Assembly (NCBI GenBank): GCA_965140705.1
Contig: OZ223302.1
Location: 256,001-320,000, forward strand
Direction of reading: 5' to 3'
Origin: an uncultured Arcobacter sp.
GTDB taxonomy: Bacteria > Campylobacterota > Campylobacteria > Campylobacterales > Arcobacteraceae
Length of the DNA: 64,000 bases
Shown here: one piece after another, positions 53,672 to 63,965 of the stretch
How positions within the stretch are numbered: the stretch's first letter is position 1
How the letters are laid out: each line of letters begins with the position of its first letter
Program-made: the position numbers and the translations under genes
The notes under the pieces: generated by a model
What the model saw: only the letters and a program-made list of their open reading frames with translations
Database searches by the model: none
What the model was told of the DNA's origin: nothing

Positions 53672-54856
53672 TTGAAAAAAATAAACCTTTTAGATAAAGA
53701 TTCAAACGCTTCTATTATACTTGCAGGAATCCTTGCACTAATTATTGGAGTTGGAGTAGCAAGATTTGTATTTACATCTTTACTTCCTCCTATGCTTGAA
53801 GATTATTTAACTGTTAGTTTTGCTGGAATTTTAGCTTCTGTTAATTATGCAGGATATTTAGCTGGTTCTATTTTTGCTGTATTCATAAAAGATATATATG
53901 CAAAGGTAAAGTTTTTTAGACTTGGGATGATTATCTCTATTCTGACAACCTTAGTTTTAGCTACAACACATAATGAAACTTTATGGCTAATCTCAAGAAT
54001 AATCGCAGGATTTGGAGCAGCTATGGCTTTAGTTGTGGGTTCTGCAATTGTAATGTATAAATTAAAAATAGATAATAAAACAAAAGCTATGGGGATACAT
54101 TTTTCAGGTATTGGGTTTTCTATTTTAGTTACTGATTTAATTGTTCGTGCAGTATTTTATTTCCATGGGACTTGGCAAGAGGCTTGGTTAGTTTTAACTA
54201 TCTTTGCATTTTTTGCATCTTTTTATTCTATGTATGTTTTATCTTTTGGTAAAAGAGTAGATGCAAATGTAGTAAAACACCATTTTGATATAAAACTATT
54301 TTCACCCTTTGTAATACTTCTTATTATCGCATATTTTTGTGAAGGTGTTGGATTTGTTGTTCAAGCAACTTTTATCCCTGATATTATTAATTCACTTGAA
54401 GGTCTAAAAGGATATGGTAATCTTACTTGGACCCTTGTTGGACTAGCAGGTATTCCCTCTTGTATCATTTGGATGAATTTAGCACACAAATATGGAAGTG
54501 TAAATATAATCATTATTGCTATGTTATTACAAGTAGTTGGAATACTAATTTCAGCACTTACAAATAATCTATACCTTAACTTATTATCTGGTGTTTTATA
54601 TGGAGGTACTTTTATAGGTCTTGTAGCACTATTTATGAACCTAGGGGGTAAACTCTCAGGTGCAAACCCTGTTGTTCTAATGGGAGCCCTAACAACTGCT
54701 TATGGAGTAGGACAAGTTTTAGCACCACTGTATAGTATAGCCTTAATAGACAAATTTGGAAACTACACTTATGCACTTTATTTAACTGCTTTTATAGTAT
54801 TTTCAGGGGTAGCATTATTGTTTATTTCAAAAATTTTAAATATAGTAAAGGAATAA
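53672..54856 (+). CDS. YbfB/YjiJ-family MFS transporter
   Basis: GVARFVFTSLLPPM, ASVNYAGYLAG; about 12 TM. Confidence 0.88.
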   Translation: MKKINLLDKDSNASIILAGILALIIGVGVARFVFTSLLPPMLEDYLTVSFAGILASVNYAGYLAGSIFAVFIKDIYAKVKFFRLGMIISILTTLVLATTHNETLWLISRIIAGFGAAMALVVGSAIVMYKLKIDNKTKAMGIHFSGIGFSILVTDLIVRAVFYFHGTWQEAWLVLTIFAFFASFYSMYVLSFGKRVDANVVKHHFDIKLFSPFVILLIIAYFCEGVGFVVQATFIPDIINSLEGLKGYGNLTWTLVGLAGIPSCIIWMNLAHKYGSVNIIIIAMLLQVVGILISALTNNLYLNLLSGVLYGGTFIGLVALFMNLGGKLSGANPVVLMGALTTAYGVGQVLAPLYSIALIDKFGNYTYALYLTAFIVFSGVALLFISKILNIVKE

Positions 54857-54858
54857 AT

Positions 54859-55074
54859 ATGCCATATATAAACGTAAAAATGACTCACGAAGATGGAGGA
54901 GCAACAAAAGAACAAAAAGAGAGACTTTCTAAAGGTATCACTGAACTTTTTTCAGAGATTTTTGGAAGAGGAGCCTCTAGTGCTGTTGTTCTTATAGAAG
55001 AGGTTTCTACTGATAATTATGCAATTGGAGGAAAGACAGTTACAAATATAAGAGAAGAGCAAAAGAAGAGTTGA
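54859..55074 (+). CDS. 4-oxalocrotonate tautomerase family protein
   Basis: Catalytic Pro1 (MPYINVK), TKEQK, IEEV...YAIGG. Confidence 0.9.
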   Translation: MPYINVKMTHEDGGATKEQKERLSKGITELFSEIFGRGASSAVVLIEEVSTDNYAIGGKTVTNIREEQKKS

Positions 55075-55142
55075 TTTAAATCATACTTTTACTTTTAGCT
55101 TTTTGATAAGATTCATTTATTTCTTAATAAATGGATTAATAT

Positions 55143-55706
55143 ATGAAAAAGTTTTTTAAACAATTCAAAAAAGTAAATACAGAACCTATTGAAAGAGCTA
55201 ATATTATTTGGTCTTGGATAGGTTCATTTCTAGGTATTTTAGCTATCTCTTTATTTCACAGTGATATTCTAAATGATAATGATTTGACCTTAGTAATTGG
55301 TTCTTTTGGTGCAAGTGCTGTATTAGTTTATGGAGCGGTTAATTCTCCCCTAGCCCAACCTAGAAATCTCATTGGTGGACATATTTTATCCGCACTTATA
55401 GGAGTTATATCTTTTAAACTATTTCATAATCATATATTATTTTGTTCTGCTTTTGCAGTTGCCACTTCTATTTTGATTATGCAAGTAACTTTAACACTTC
55501 ATCCTCCAGGAGGTGCAACAGCTCTTATTGCTGTAATTGGTAGTAATCAAATACATGACTTAGGATTTTTATATGTTTTATATCCAGTAGCATCTGGAGC
55601 TTTTATTCTTTTGATAATTGCAGTAGTTGTGAATAATATCCCTGCACATAGACATTATCCACATTCTCATAAAATCTTCAATTTTAAATGGTTTGCAGAT
55701 GATTAA
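55143..55706 (+). CDS. HPP-family membrane protein
   Basis: SFGASAVL, SPLAQPRN, HPPGGATAL. Confidence 0.92.
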   Translation: MKKFFKQFKKVNTEPIERANIIWSWIGSFLGILAISLFHSDILNDNDLTLVIGSFGASAVLVYGAVNSPLAQPRNLIGGHILSALIGVISFKLFHNHILFCSAFAVATSILIMQVTLTLHPPGGATALIAVIGSNQIHDLGFLYVLYPVASGAFILLIIAVVVNNIPAHRHYPHSHKIFNFKWFADD

Positions 55707-56210
55707 TTAATCTCTTTTAACCCAAACCTTAAATTTCCAAGCTGGACTTTTTATTTTGCCATCTTCAATTATGGCTTCATAATCTTTTTGTTGGGCTAAA
55801 TCCCAAGTAGAGAAATCAATCTCTTCAAGGTAAGCATCTGCTTCTCCTGAGTAATCAACTTCACTCAAATACATTTTATCAACATAATCAAATAAAGTTT
55901 TATAAATAGTAGCCCCTCCTATTATAAATAATTCCTCTTCACCTCTTTCTCTAGCGAAGTTCAAAGCTTCATGTATATCATTAAAGGAATGAACACCCTC
56001 ATGTTCAAAACCATCCTTTGACAATACAAGTGAAATTCTATTTGGTAAAGGCTTACCTATTGATTCAAAAGTTTTTCTTCCCATTAAAAGATGGTGTCCT
56101 GAAGTAATAGTTTTAAAATTTTTAAAATCCTCAGAGATATGCCATAGCATTTGATTATTTAAACCTATTTCCCAATTATTCCCATAAGCCACTATCATTG
56201 ATACAATCAT
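55707..56210 (-). CDS. folA: Dihydrofolate reductase
   Basis: IG..NQMLWHISEDFKNFK, MGRKTFESIGKPLPNR, IIGGATIY. Confidence 0.95.
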   Translation of the reverse strand: MIVSMIVAYGNNWEIGLNNQMLWHISEDFKNFKTITSGHHLLMGRKTFESIGKPLPNRISLVLSKDGFEHEGVHSFNDIHEALNFARERGEEELFIIGGATIYKTLFDYVDKMYLSEVDYSGEADAYLEEIDFSTWDLAQQKDYEAIIEDGKIKSPAWKFKVWVKRD

Positions 56211-56336
56211 ACACTATTCCTTTTAATTGGTTCCCAATAAAAAGGAACCATTTTTTATATATCTACTTTTTAATAAAGGAAATAAATTCCTTTTAAAAGT
56301 AGCAAATTCTAAAGAAGACAACAAGTTGCCTTTTGG

Positions 56337-57200
56337 CTATACAGCCATTACTCCCTTAATATGCTCGTGAGCTTGGTAATTACTAAGTTCAAAGTCTTCC
56401 ATTTTAAAATCAAAGATATTTTTAATATCTGGGTTTATTTTCATAGTTGGTTTAGGAAATGGTTCCCTTGTAATTTGTAGGTTTGCTTGTTCTAAATGGT
56501 TTGAATAAAGGTGTGCATCTCCAAAAGTATGTACAAAATCCCCTACTTTTAAATCACAAACTTGTGCAACCATCATAGTTAGAAGTGCATAAGAAGCAAT
56601 ATTAAAAGGTACTCCCAAAAATATATCCGCACTTCTTTGATAAAGTTGGCATGATAACTTTCCATTTGCAACATAAAATTGAAAAAAAGTATGGCAAGGA
56701 GGAAGTGCCATTTTTTCTATTTCTGCCACATTCCAAGCACTTAAAATAAGTCTTCTCGAATCAGGATTATTTTTAATTTGTTCTATTAATTCAGATACTT
56801 GATCAATAGCTTTCCCATCATTTGTTTTCCAACTTCTCCATTGGCTTCCATAAACAGGACCTAGCTCTTTTACTGTATCACTATTCTCATACCCTAAAGC
56901 AAGGCCTTGATTATCTGCATTTGCAGTCCATACAGTTTTTTTACCTATAATATTCTCTGCTTTATCTCCATAATGAATCTCAGCTAATCTTCTCTCGTCA
57001 GTTGAGCCTTCTAAGAACCAAAGAAGCTCTGAAATAATAGCTTTCAAATGGCATTTTTTAGTAGTTACTAAAGGGAAACCTTCACTTAAGTCAAATCTCA
57101 TTTGATAACCAAATACAGATTTTGTTCCAGTCCCTGTTCTATCTTCTTTTAGTGTTCCATTTTCTAATACATGTTTCATCAAGTCTAAATATTGCTTCAT
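56337..57200 (-). CDS. thyA: Thymidylate synthase ThyA
   Basis: DRTGTGT, ELLWFL, LGPVYG.QWR, LPPCH, YQRSAD, PFNIASY. Confidence 0.97.
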   Translation of the reverse strand: MKQYLDLMKHVLENGTLKEDRTGTGTKSVFGYQMRFDLSEGFPLVTTKKCHLKAIISELLWFLEGSTDERRLAEIHYGDKAENIIGKKTVWTANADNQGLALGYENSDTVKELGPVYGSQWRSWKTNDGKAIDQVSELIEQIKNNPDSRRLILSAWNVAEIEKMALPPCHTFFQFYVANGKLSCQLYQRSADIFLGVPFNIASYALLTMMVAQVCDLKVGDFVHTFGDAHLYSNHLEQANLQITREPFPKPTMKINPDIKNIFDFKMEDFELSNYQAHEHIKGVMAV

Positions 57201-57285
57201 TTCGTTCCTTACATAAGTAGTAAATGTACTACTAAATATTGAAGAATATTTTATCTAAGATTATATTTTTTATTAATAAATTTGC

Positions 57286-57903
57286 TTAAAAGATGAGTAA
57301 ATGTGTTAAAGAATAAGCAATATATAACATCAAACAACCAATTGCAATATCCAAGATTTTCCAGGTATTTGGATTTTTGAATAAAGGTATTAAAACCCTT
57401 GCCCCATAACCTAAAGCAAAAAACCAAGTTGTAGAAGCCATTGAGGTACCTAGTATAAAATAGATTTTTAAACTATCTTCTATATTTGCTCCAATACCAC
57501 CAATAAGAAAAACCGTATCTAAATAAACATGTGGATTTAAAAATGTAAACATGAAAAGTAAAGAAAATACTTTTTTAATAGGATCTGTTTTTATCTCATT
57601 ATCTATTTTAAGACTCTCATTTTTAAATGCAGATTTAAAAGAACTAAAAGCATAAAAGACTAAAAATGATATACCAAATATTGCCATTGCATTTATAAAG
57701 GTTTGGTTTCCTTTAATAAAAAAGCCTAAACCTAAAACCCCTAAAGTAATTAAAAGAATATCAGTAAAAATGCAAAAAATTGTTGCTTTGAATACATGTT
57801 GTTTAAGCAGTCCAAGCTTTAAGATATAAGCATTTTGTGCACCAATTGCAACGATTAAAGGAAGGCCAACAAAGTAGCCTTTTAAAAAAATATCAAGTTC
57901 CAT
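57286..57903 (-). CDS. LysE/ArgO-family amino acid exporter
   Basis: IVAIGAQNAY, TFLNPHVYLDT. Confidence 0.92.
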   Translation of the reverse strand: MELDIFLKGYFVGLPLIVAIGAQNAYILKLGLLKQHVFKATIFCIFTDILLITLGVLGLGFFIKGNQTFINAMAIFGISFLVFYAFSSFKSAFKNESLKIDNEIKTDPIKKVFSLLFMFTFLNPHVYLDTVFLIGGIGANIEDSLKIYFILGTSMASTTWFFALGYGARVLIPLFKNPNTWKILDIAIGCLMLYIAYSLTHLLIF

Positions 57904-58532
57904 TAAATATACGTTTTAGATAAATAAATGATTCCTGAGACTATAAATTGTATAGCAAGTGCTCCAACAATAAGTCCCATAAGTTTTGTTACGACATTTT
58001 GACCCGTAACTCCTAAATATTTTTTGATATAAATTGAATTTCTCAATACTAAATAAAATAAAAAAGCATTAATACAAAAAGCAAGAACAAGGGTAAAAAG
58101 CTCTATTGAATTCTCAACTTGATTTTTAAAAATAATAATCGTAGTAAAAAGCCCAGCTCCAAAGGTAATAGGAATACCTAATGGGATAATTGCCATCTCT
58201 TCATCTTTTTTACTACTTTTTTTATCATCTTGAGTTTCACTAGAAGAACTACCTCTTACCATAGTAAGTGCCATCAATAAGAGTACTAATCCACCCATAA
58301 CTTTAAGTGATTCTTCACCTATACCAAATAGTTTTAAAACTAAATCTCCGCTAATTAATACAACAAAAAATGCCACTATAATAGTAATACTTGTTTTTCT
58401 AGCAATTATAGAAATTTGTGTTTTTGAAATATTTGGACTAAGGATTGATAAGGCAATTGCACTTATTCCAATAGGATCAATTATGGCAAAAAATGTAATA
58501 CTTTGTTGTAAAAAATTTTGAAAAACTTCCAA
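57903..58532 (-). CDS. MarC-family membrane protein
   Basis: FAIIDPIG, LFGI....KVMGG, IIPLGIP, KLMGLI. Confidence 0.9.
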   Translation of the reverse strand: MEVFQNFLQQSITFFAIIDPIGISAIALSILSPNISKTQISIIARKTSITIIVAFFVVLISGDLVLKLFGIGEESLKVMGGLVLLLMALTMVRGSSSSETQDDKKSSKKDEEMAIIPLGIPITFGAGLFTTIIIFKNQVENSIELFTLVLAFCINAFLFYLVLRNSIYIKKYLGVTGQNVVTKLMGLIVGALAIQFIVSGIIYLSKTYI

Positions 58533-59501
58533 TTAACTCATTCCACCTTTTAACGCCATTCTTTTCTCTATTCTATGTCCTATAAGACTTAATACAGAAG
58601 TTATACAAAGATAAAGAAGAGCTACAATTATCCATGTTTCAAAAGGAGAAAAAGTATTTGCAACAATCTCTTTTCCAACCTTTGTCAAATCTGTAATAGA
58701 AATAACAGAAACCAATGATGAATCTTTTACTAAAGCAATCATTTCACCAATAAGTGTTGGTAAAGCTCTTTTGAAAGCTTGAGGTAAAATTATATATCTC
58801 ATAGCCTGAAAATTAGATATGCCTAAAGATTTTGAAGCTTCAAGTTGACCTTTATCAATAGATTGAATAGCTCCTCTTAAAATCTCTGCCATATATGCAC
58901 CAAAGAATATCCCCAAAGATAAAACCCCTGCTACAAAACGATCAAATTCAAAAATATTTGCAACTATAAAATAAAATAAAAAGATTTGTACTAGTAAAGG
59001 AGTACCCCTTACTATTGTTACATATACTGTTGCCAAATCTTTTATAAACACTATGGGGGATAACTTCATAAAGGCAACAATAATACCAATAAAAAAAGTA
59101 AGTATAGCTGCAAAAAATGATATCTTTAGAGTTATCCATAAACCATTTAAAATAGGTCCTGCTCTTGTTACTGTTTTTGTAGCAATATAATCGCCACTAT
59201 ATACATTTTCACCTACTTTATACTCAAATGAAAAACTACTATCTAACTTATTAAGAGCTACCTTCTCATCATCACCCTTAACATAATATTTACCATTTTC
59301 TAATACTAGTTTTCCATCTACTGGGGCTTCTATGGTTATAGTATCTTTATATGCAAAATACTTAGGAACAGAATTCCATTTCCAAACATAATTGATATGT
59401 GAAGCAGCTGCATATAAAAAATAACCTAAAACAATAAATAAAGCTAAGGCAATTACATGCCCTAGCTTTTTATTTTGAGCCCATGATTCTCTTCTTGCCA
59501 T
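58533..59501 (-). CDS. Polar amino acid ABC transporter permease
   Basis: RGTPLLVQ, AYMAEILRGAIQSIDKGQLEA, LVKDSSL. Confidence 0.93.
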   Translation of the reverse strand: MARRESWAQNKKLGHVIALALFIVLGYFLYAAASHINYVWKWNSVPKYFAYKDTITIEAPVDGKLVLENGKYYVKGDDEKVALNKLDSSFSFEYKVGENVYSGDYIATKTVTRAGPILNGLWITLKISFFAAILTFFIGIIVAFMKLSPIVFIKDLATVYVTIVRGTPLLVQIFLFYFIVANIFEFDRFVAGVLSLGIFFGAYMAEILRGAIQSIDKGQLEASKSLGISNFQAMRYIILPQAFKRALPTLIGEMIALVKDSSLVSVISITDLTKVGKEIVANTFSPFETWIIVALLYLCITSVLSLIGHRIEKRMALKGGMS

Positions 59502-59504
59502 AGA

Positions 59505-60320
59505 CTATTGAACTCTTTTTAACCAAGCAGTATCTTTCAACCACTTATCATTTAACTTACCATAAAAATCAACTACCTTGTCACCTTTAATTTGTGCTAA
59601 AAAGTTATTTAACCAATTTAAGAAATCAGGATCACCTTTTCTAATTGCCCATGCTAAAGGTTCAAATGTTAAAGGAGTATCTAAATGAACTAATTTACCC
59701 TTACCCTTATCTGCCATAAATAAGATATTATATGGTTGGTCATATACAAAGGCATCTGCATTGTTATTTAATACTTCGCTTACTGCATCTGCTTCAGTTT
59801 CAAATGTCACAATTTTTGCTTTTTTATAGAATTTTCTTATTGCAATTTCAGCTGATGTTCCAAGTTTTGTTACAATTGTATATTTTGGGTTATCTAAATC
59901 TTGTGCAGATTTAACTTTACCTTCTAAAGATTTGTTCAATAATACAGTTTGTCCAACAACTAAATACGGGTCTGCAAAATTTACTTTTAAATTTCTTTGT
60001 TGAGTAACAGTCATACCAGAGATAATAATATCACATTTCCCAGTTACAAGTGCTGCGATAATACCATCCCAAGCAGTAGGAAGAAGTTTTAATTTAACTC
60101 CCATTTCTTTTGCCATTTTTTTTGCAACATCCACATCATAACCGATAATTCTACCCTTTTTATCTTTCATTTCAAAAGGCATATATCCAGGTTCTAAACA
60201 AACTTGCATTTCACCTCTTTCTAAAATTTTATTTAGAGTAGAACTCTTCCATAAGTTTATATCCGATGCCACTAAATTAACTGTAGCAAATACTAAAATA
60301 GCTAAAACTATTTTCTTCAT
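59505..60320 (-). CDS. Polar amino acid ABC transporter substrate-binding protein
   Basis: Signal peptide; YMPFE, GYDVD, WDGIIAAL, SGMTVT..R. Confidence 0.93.
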   Translation of the reverse strand: MKKIVLAILVFATVNLVASDINLWKSSTLNKILERGEMQVCLEPGYMPFEMKDKKGRIIGYDVDVAKKMAKEMGVKLKLLPTAWDGIIAALVTGKCDIIISGMTVTQQRNLKVNFADPYLVVGQTVLLNKSLEGKVKSAQDLDNPKYTIVTKLGTSAEIAIRKFYKKAKIVTFETEADAVSEVLNNNADAFVYDQPYNILFMADKGKGKLVHLDTPLTFEPLAWAIRKGDPDFLNWLNNFLAQIKGDKVVDFYGKLNDKWLKDTAWLKRVQ

Positions 60321-60333
60321 TTTTTCTCCTTTT

Positions 60334-61074
60334 TTAATGTGTTAAAATTTCATTTAAGAATTTTTTTGCTCTATCACTTTTTGGATTTTCAAAAAACTCT
60401 TTTGGTGTAGCTTCTTCTACTACAACACCATGATCCATAAATACTATTCTATCTCCAACTTCTTTTGCAAACCCCATCTCATGAGTTACACATACTATTG
60501 TAAAGCTTTCATGGGCTAAATCTTTCATTACAGCTAAAACATCACCAATTGTTTCTGGATCTAAGGCAGAAGTAGGTTCATCAAAAAGTATTATCTTAGG
60601 TTTCATTGCTAAACTTCTAGCAATAGCAACACGCTGTTTTTGACCACCTGATAAATCTCCAGGATAAGAGTTAGCTTTATCTTCTAGTTTTACTTTTTTC
60701 AAAAGTTCCATTGCAATAGTGCGAGCATCTTCTTTTTTTATATTTTTGACTAAATTAGGTGCTAAAGTAATGTTTTCAAGTATAGTTAAATGTGGGAAAA
60801 GATTAAAATGTTGGAATACCATACCAACTTCGCTTCTTATAGTTTGTAGATTTTTTTTGCTTCCATGTATATCGATGTTATCAACAAAAATTTCACCGCT
60901 ATCTATCTCTTCTAGACCATTAATACATCGGATTAATGTTGATTTCCCTGAACCTGAAGGTCCACAGACAACAACAATTTCACCTTTTTTTACGTTGAAA
61001 TCAATTCCTTTTAAGACATGAAATTTGTCATAAAACTTATCGATTTTCTTCATACTTATAATATTATCCATCAT
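60334..61074 (-). CDS. Polar amino acid ABC transporter ATPase (GlnQ-like)
   Basis: [36 protein letters not shown]. Confidence 0.95.
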   Translation of the reverse strand: MMDNIISMKKIDKFYDKFHVLKGIDFNVKKGEIVVVCGPSGSGKSTLIRCINGLEEIDSGEIFVDNIDIHGSKKNLQTIRSEVGMVFQHFNLFPHLTILENITLAPNLVKNIKKEDARTIAMELLKKVKLEDKANSYPGDLSGGQKQRVAIARSLAMKPKIILFDEPTSALDPETIGDVLAVMKDLAHESFTIVCVTHEMGFAKEVGDRIVFMDHGVVVEEATPKEFFENPKSDRAKKFLNEILTH

Positions 61075-61215
61075 CTCTCTTTAATTAGACTAAGATGATA
61101 TGATAGCTAAATTTATTTTAACATTCCTATAGAACATGTATATATTTTATACATAAAATAATCTTTTACTTAAATAAACTATGGGTACAATGCAGATTTT
61201 ATTTTAGGAGTAAAA

Positions 61216-62088
61216 TTGAATAAAAAACTATTAGAACTAAGAGCAGACATTTTGCTTTTAACTGTCGCTATTGCTTGGGGTGTGACTTTTTTGATGGTGC
61301 AAGATGCTATTAAGTCTGTACCTGTTTATGCATTTTTATTTTGGAGATTTGGAATTGCTACTATTTTAATGGCAATAATTGCATATAAATATTTTGACAA
61401 ATTAAATAAGCAAACTATTCTTTATGGAGTTATTTTGGGCTGTTTTTTATTCTCTGCCTTTGCTACTCAAACCTTTGGTTTAGCCCATACAAAAAGTTCT
61501 ATAATAGCTTTTTTAACAGGTCTAAATGTAATAATTGTACCTTTCTTAGCCTATGTTGTTTTTAAAGAGCATGTTAGAAAAATGGTCTTTCTAAGCTCAC
61601 TTATAGCTGTTTGTGGTCTTTATTTATTAACTATGAGTGGGAGTTTATCACTTGGTGAGGGTGAAATATTAGGAATAATATGTGCTTTACTTTTTGCATT
61701 ACAAATACTTTTTACAGATAAATATTCAAAAAGAGTTAATGTATATCTTTTAGTACTATTTCAATTTATTACTGTGACAATATTATCTTTAATTTTTTCA
61801 TTAACCTTAGATAGCGTAACTTTTAATTTAGATTTTAATTATACATTTTTAAAAGCATTGATAATCACTTCTATCTTTGCAACTGTTTATGCATTTTTGA
61901 TACAAACTTATATGCAACAGTTTACAACTCCTACAAAAACAGCAGTTATCTTTTCAATGGAACCTGTAAGTGCTGGTTTTTATGGCTATTTTGTAGGAAA
62001 TGAGCTTCTTAGTTCAACTCAACTTTTTGGAGCTACTTTAATCATACTTGCCCTACTTTTAGCAGAAATCAAATTCAAAAAAAAATAA
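61216..62088 (+). CDS. DMT/EamA-family transporter
   Basis: IAWGVTF, duplicated five-TM repeat, FSMEPV. Confidence 0.9.
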   Translation: MNKKLLELRADILLLTVAIAWGVTFLMVQDAIKSVPVYAFLFWRFGIATILMAIIAYKYFDKLNKQTILYGVILGCFLFSAFATQTFGLAHTKSSIIAFLTGLNVIIVPFLAYVVFKEHVRKMVFLSSLIAVCGLYLLTMSGSLSLGEGEILGIICALLFALQILFTDKYSKRVNVYLLVLFQFITVTILSLIFSLTLDSVTFNLDFNYTFLKALIITSIFATVYAFLIQTYMQQFTTPTKTAVIFSMEPVSAGFYGYFVGNELLSSTQLFGATLIILALLLAEIKFKKK

Positions 62089-62153
62089 TTTACTTTTAAT
62101 TTACCTCATAGTTTTACAATTTCAATATAAATTTTATTTTGAAAAGGTAAAAC

Positions 62154-63950
62154 ATGTTAAGCAATCAGTTATTCGATATCAAAAGTATCCATGACTCATA
62201 TAAAAAAGGTGTAACTCCTAAGGATATTGTAACTGAGGTTTACAATAGAATAAAAAAAGTAAATGATAATGGAATATTTATTCATCTACAAGCAATAGAA
62301 GATATATTTGAACAAACATCATCTTTAGAAGAGATGAATTTAAGTGAAAAACCACTTTGGGGAATCCCCTTTACAGTAAAAGATAATATTGATGTAGCGG
62401 GTATTCCTACAACTGCTGCTTGTCCTGCATATGAATATATTGCAAAAGAAGATGCATTTGTAGTAAAAGTTTTAAAAGAAGCAGGTGCCATTTGTATAGG
62501 AAAAACAAATCTAGACCAATTTGCAACTGGCTTAGTAGGAATTAGAACACCCTATGGAGCACCTAAAAATGCCCTTGATGAAAAAATCATTCCAGGTGGT
62601 TCTAGTTGTGGTTCTGCTGTTGCTGTTTCTCACCAATTATTTAGCTTCTCCCTTGGAACTGATACAGCAGGTTCTGGAAGAATTCCAGCAGCACTTAATA
62701 ATCTAGTTGGACTAAAACCAACTTTAGGGGCTTTTTCAAAAAGAGGTGTTGTACCTGCTTGTCTTACAGTTGATACTGTTTCAGTTTTTGCTTTAAATAT
62801 TGAAGATGCTTATGATATTTTTGAAATTGCTAGCAAACATGACCCAAAAGATCCCTACTCTAAAAAAAGACCTAAAAACAAATATAAAAATACCCAAGAT
62901 GTAGTTGTGGCTATTCCAAATAGCGATTCTCAAATTTTTATTGATGATGAAATTCAAAGAAAATCATACGAAGAGACAATCTCACTTATAAAAGGAAAAG
63001 GTTTTAAAACTATAGAAATAGACTTGAAACCTTTTTTTGAAGTTGCACAATTATTATATGAAGGTACTTGGTTAGCTGAAAGATATACGGTAATTGGGGA
63101 TATGATAAAAAATCAACCAGATGATATTTTAGATATTACTAGAACACTAATTCAAAAAGCAGAAACCTTTTCTGCAAGTGATGTATATAGAGATATTTAT
63201 AGATTCAATGAACTTAAAAAAGAGATTGAACCAGTATTAGAACAATTTGACATCTTATGTTTACCATCAATGCCAAGGGTTGCAAGTGTAAAAGAGATAG
63301 AAGAAGAGCCAATAAAAGCAAACTCTAGACTTGGTATTTATACAAACTTTGTAAATCTATTAGACCTAAGTGCCATAGCAATTCCAGTAAATAAAAGAGA
63401 AGATGGTTTTGCAGGAGGAGTTACTATCATAGCAAATGCCTTTGAAGAACTAAAACTTGCTAAGTTTGCAAAATATATCCAAAAAGATATGAGTTTGACT
63501 TATGGAAATAGTGATGTTGAAGTAAAGTTAAGTGATGATGATACTTTTGGCGTAAGTTATGATGAGATAGAAGTGGCTGTTGTAGGAGCACATCTTAGAG
63601 GAATGCCACTAAATAAAGACTTAGTTAAATTAAATGCAAGGTTTTTATATGAAGCAAAAACAACTCCAAATTACAAACTTTTTAAACTTCAAGGAGAGGA
63701 AATACTAAAACCGGGACTTATTCAAGATGAAAATGGAGTTTCAATTGACTTAGAAGTTTGGGCAATGCCAATTGAAAATTTAGGAGAATTTGAAAGAACT
63801 ATTTCAAAACCATTATGCATTGGTTCAATTGAATTAGAAAATAAAAAAACTGTAAAAGGTTTTTTATGTGAACCAAGTGGATTAATTGGTGCTGTTGATA
63901 TTTCAAATTTTGGTGGCTGGAAAGCTTTTTTAAATTCAAAAAAAAATTAA
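62154..63950 (+). CDS. atzF: Allophanate hydrolase
   Basis: Amidase signature KDNID, KTNLDQFATGLVG, GGSSCGS, GTDTAGSGR; C-domain VVGAHL, FGGWKA. Confidence 0.93.
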   Translation: MLSNQLFDIKSIHDSYKKGVTPKDIVTEVYNRIKKVNDNGIFIHLQAIEDIFEQTSSLEEMNLSEKPLWGIPFTVKDNIDVAGIPTTAACPAYEYIAKEDAFVVKVLKEAGAICIGKTNLDQFATGLVGIRTPYGAPKNALDEKIIPGGSSCGSAVAVSHQLFSFSLGTDTAGSGRIPAALNNLVGLKPTLGAFSKRGVVPACLTVDTVSVFALNIEDAYDIFEIASKHDPKDPYSKKRPKNKYKNTQDVVVAIPNSDSQIFIDDEIQRKSYEETISLIKGKGFKTIEIDLKPFFEVAQLLYEGTWLAERYTVIGDMIKNQPDDILDITRTLIQKAETFSASDVYRDIYRFNELKKEIEPVLEQFDILCLPSMPRVASVKEIEEEPIKANSRLGIYTNFVNLLDLSAIAIPVNKREDGFAGGVTIIANAFEELKLAKFAKYIQKDMSLTYGNSDVEVKLSDDDTFGVSYDEIEVAVVGAHLRGMPLNKDLVKLNARFLYEAKTTPNYKLFKLQGEEILKPGLIQDENGVSIDLEVWAMPIENLGEFERTISKPLCIGSIELENKKTVKGFLCEPSGLIGAVDISNFGGWKAFLNSKKN

Positions 63951-63965
63951 ATTAAAGGATAAAAA

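Noticed and set aside
62089..62153. Guanidine riboswitch upstream of atzF
   Set aside because: The spacer is only 65 nt, AT-rich, and shows no ykkC or mini-ykkC features.
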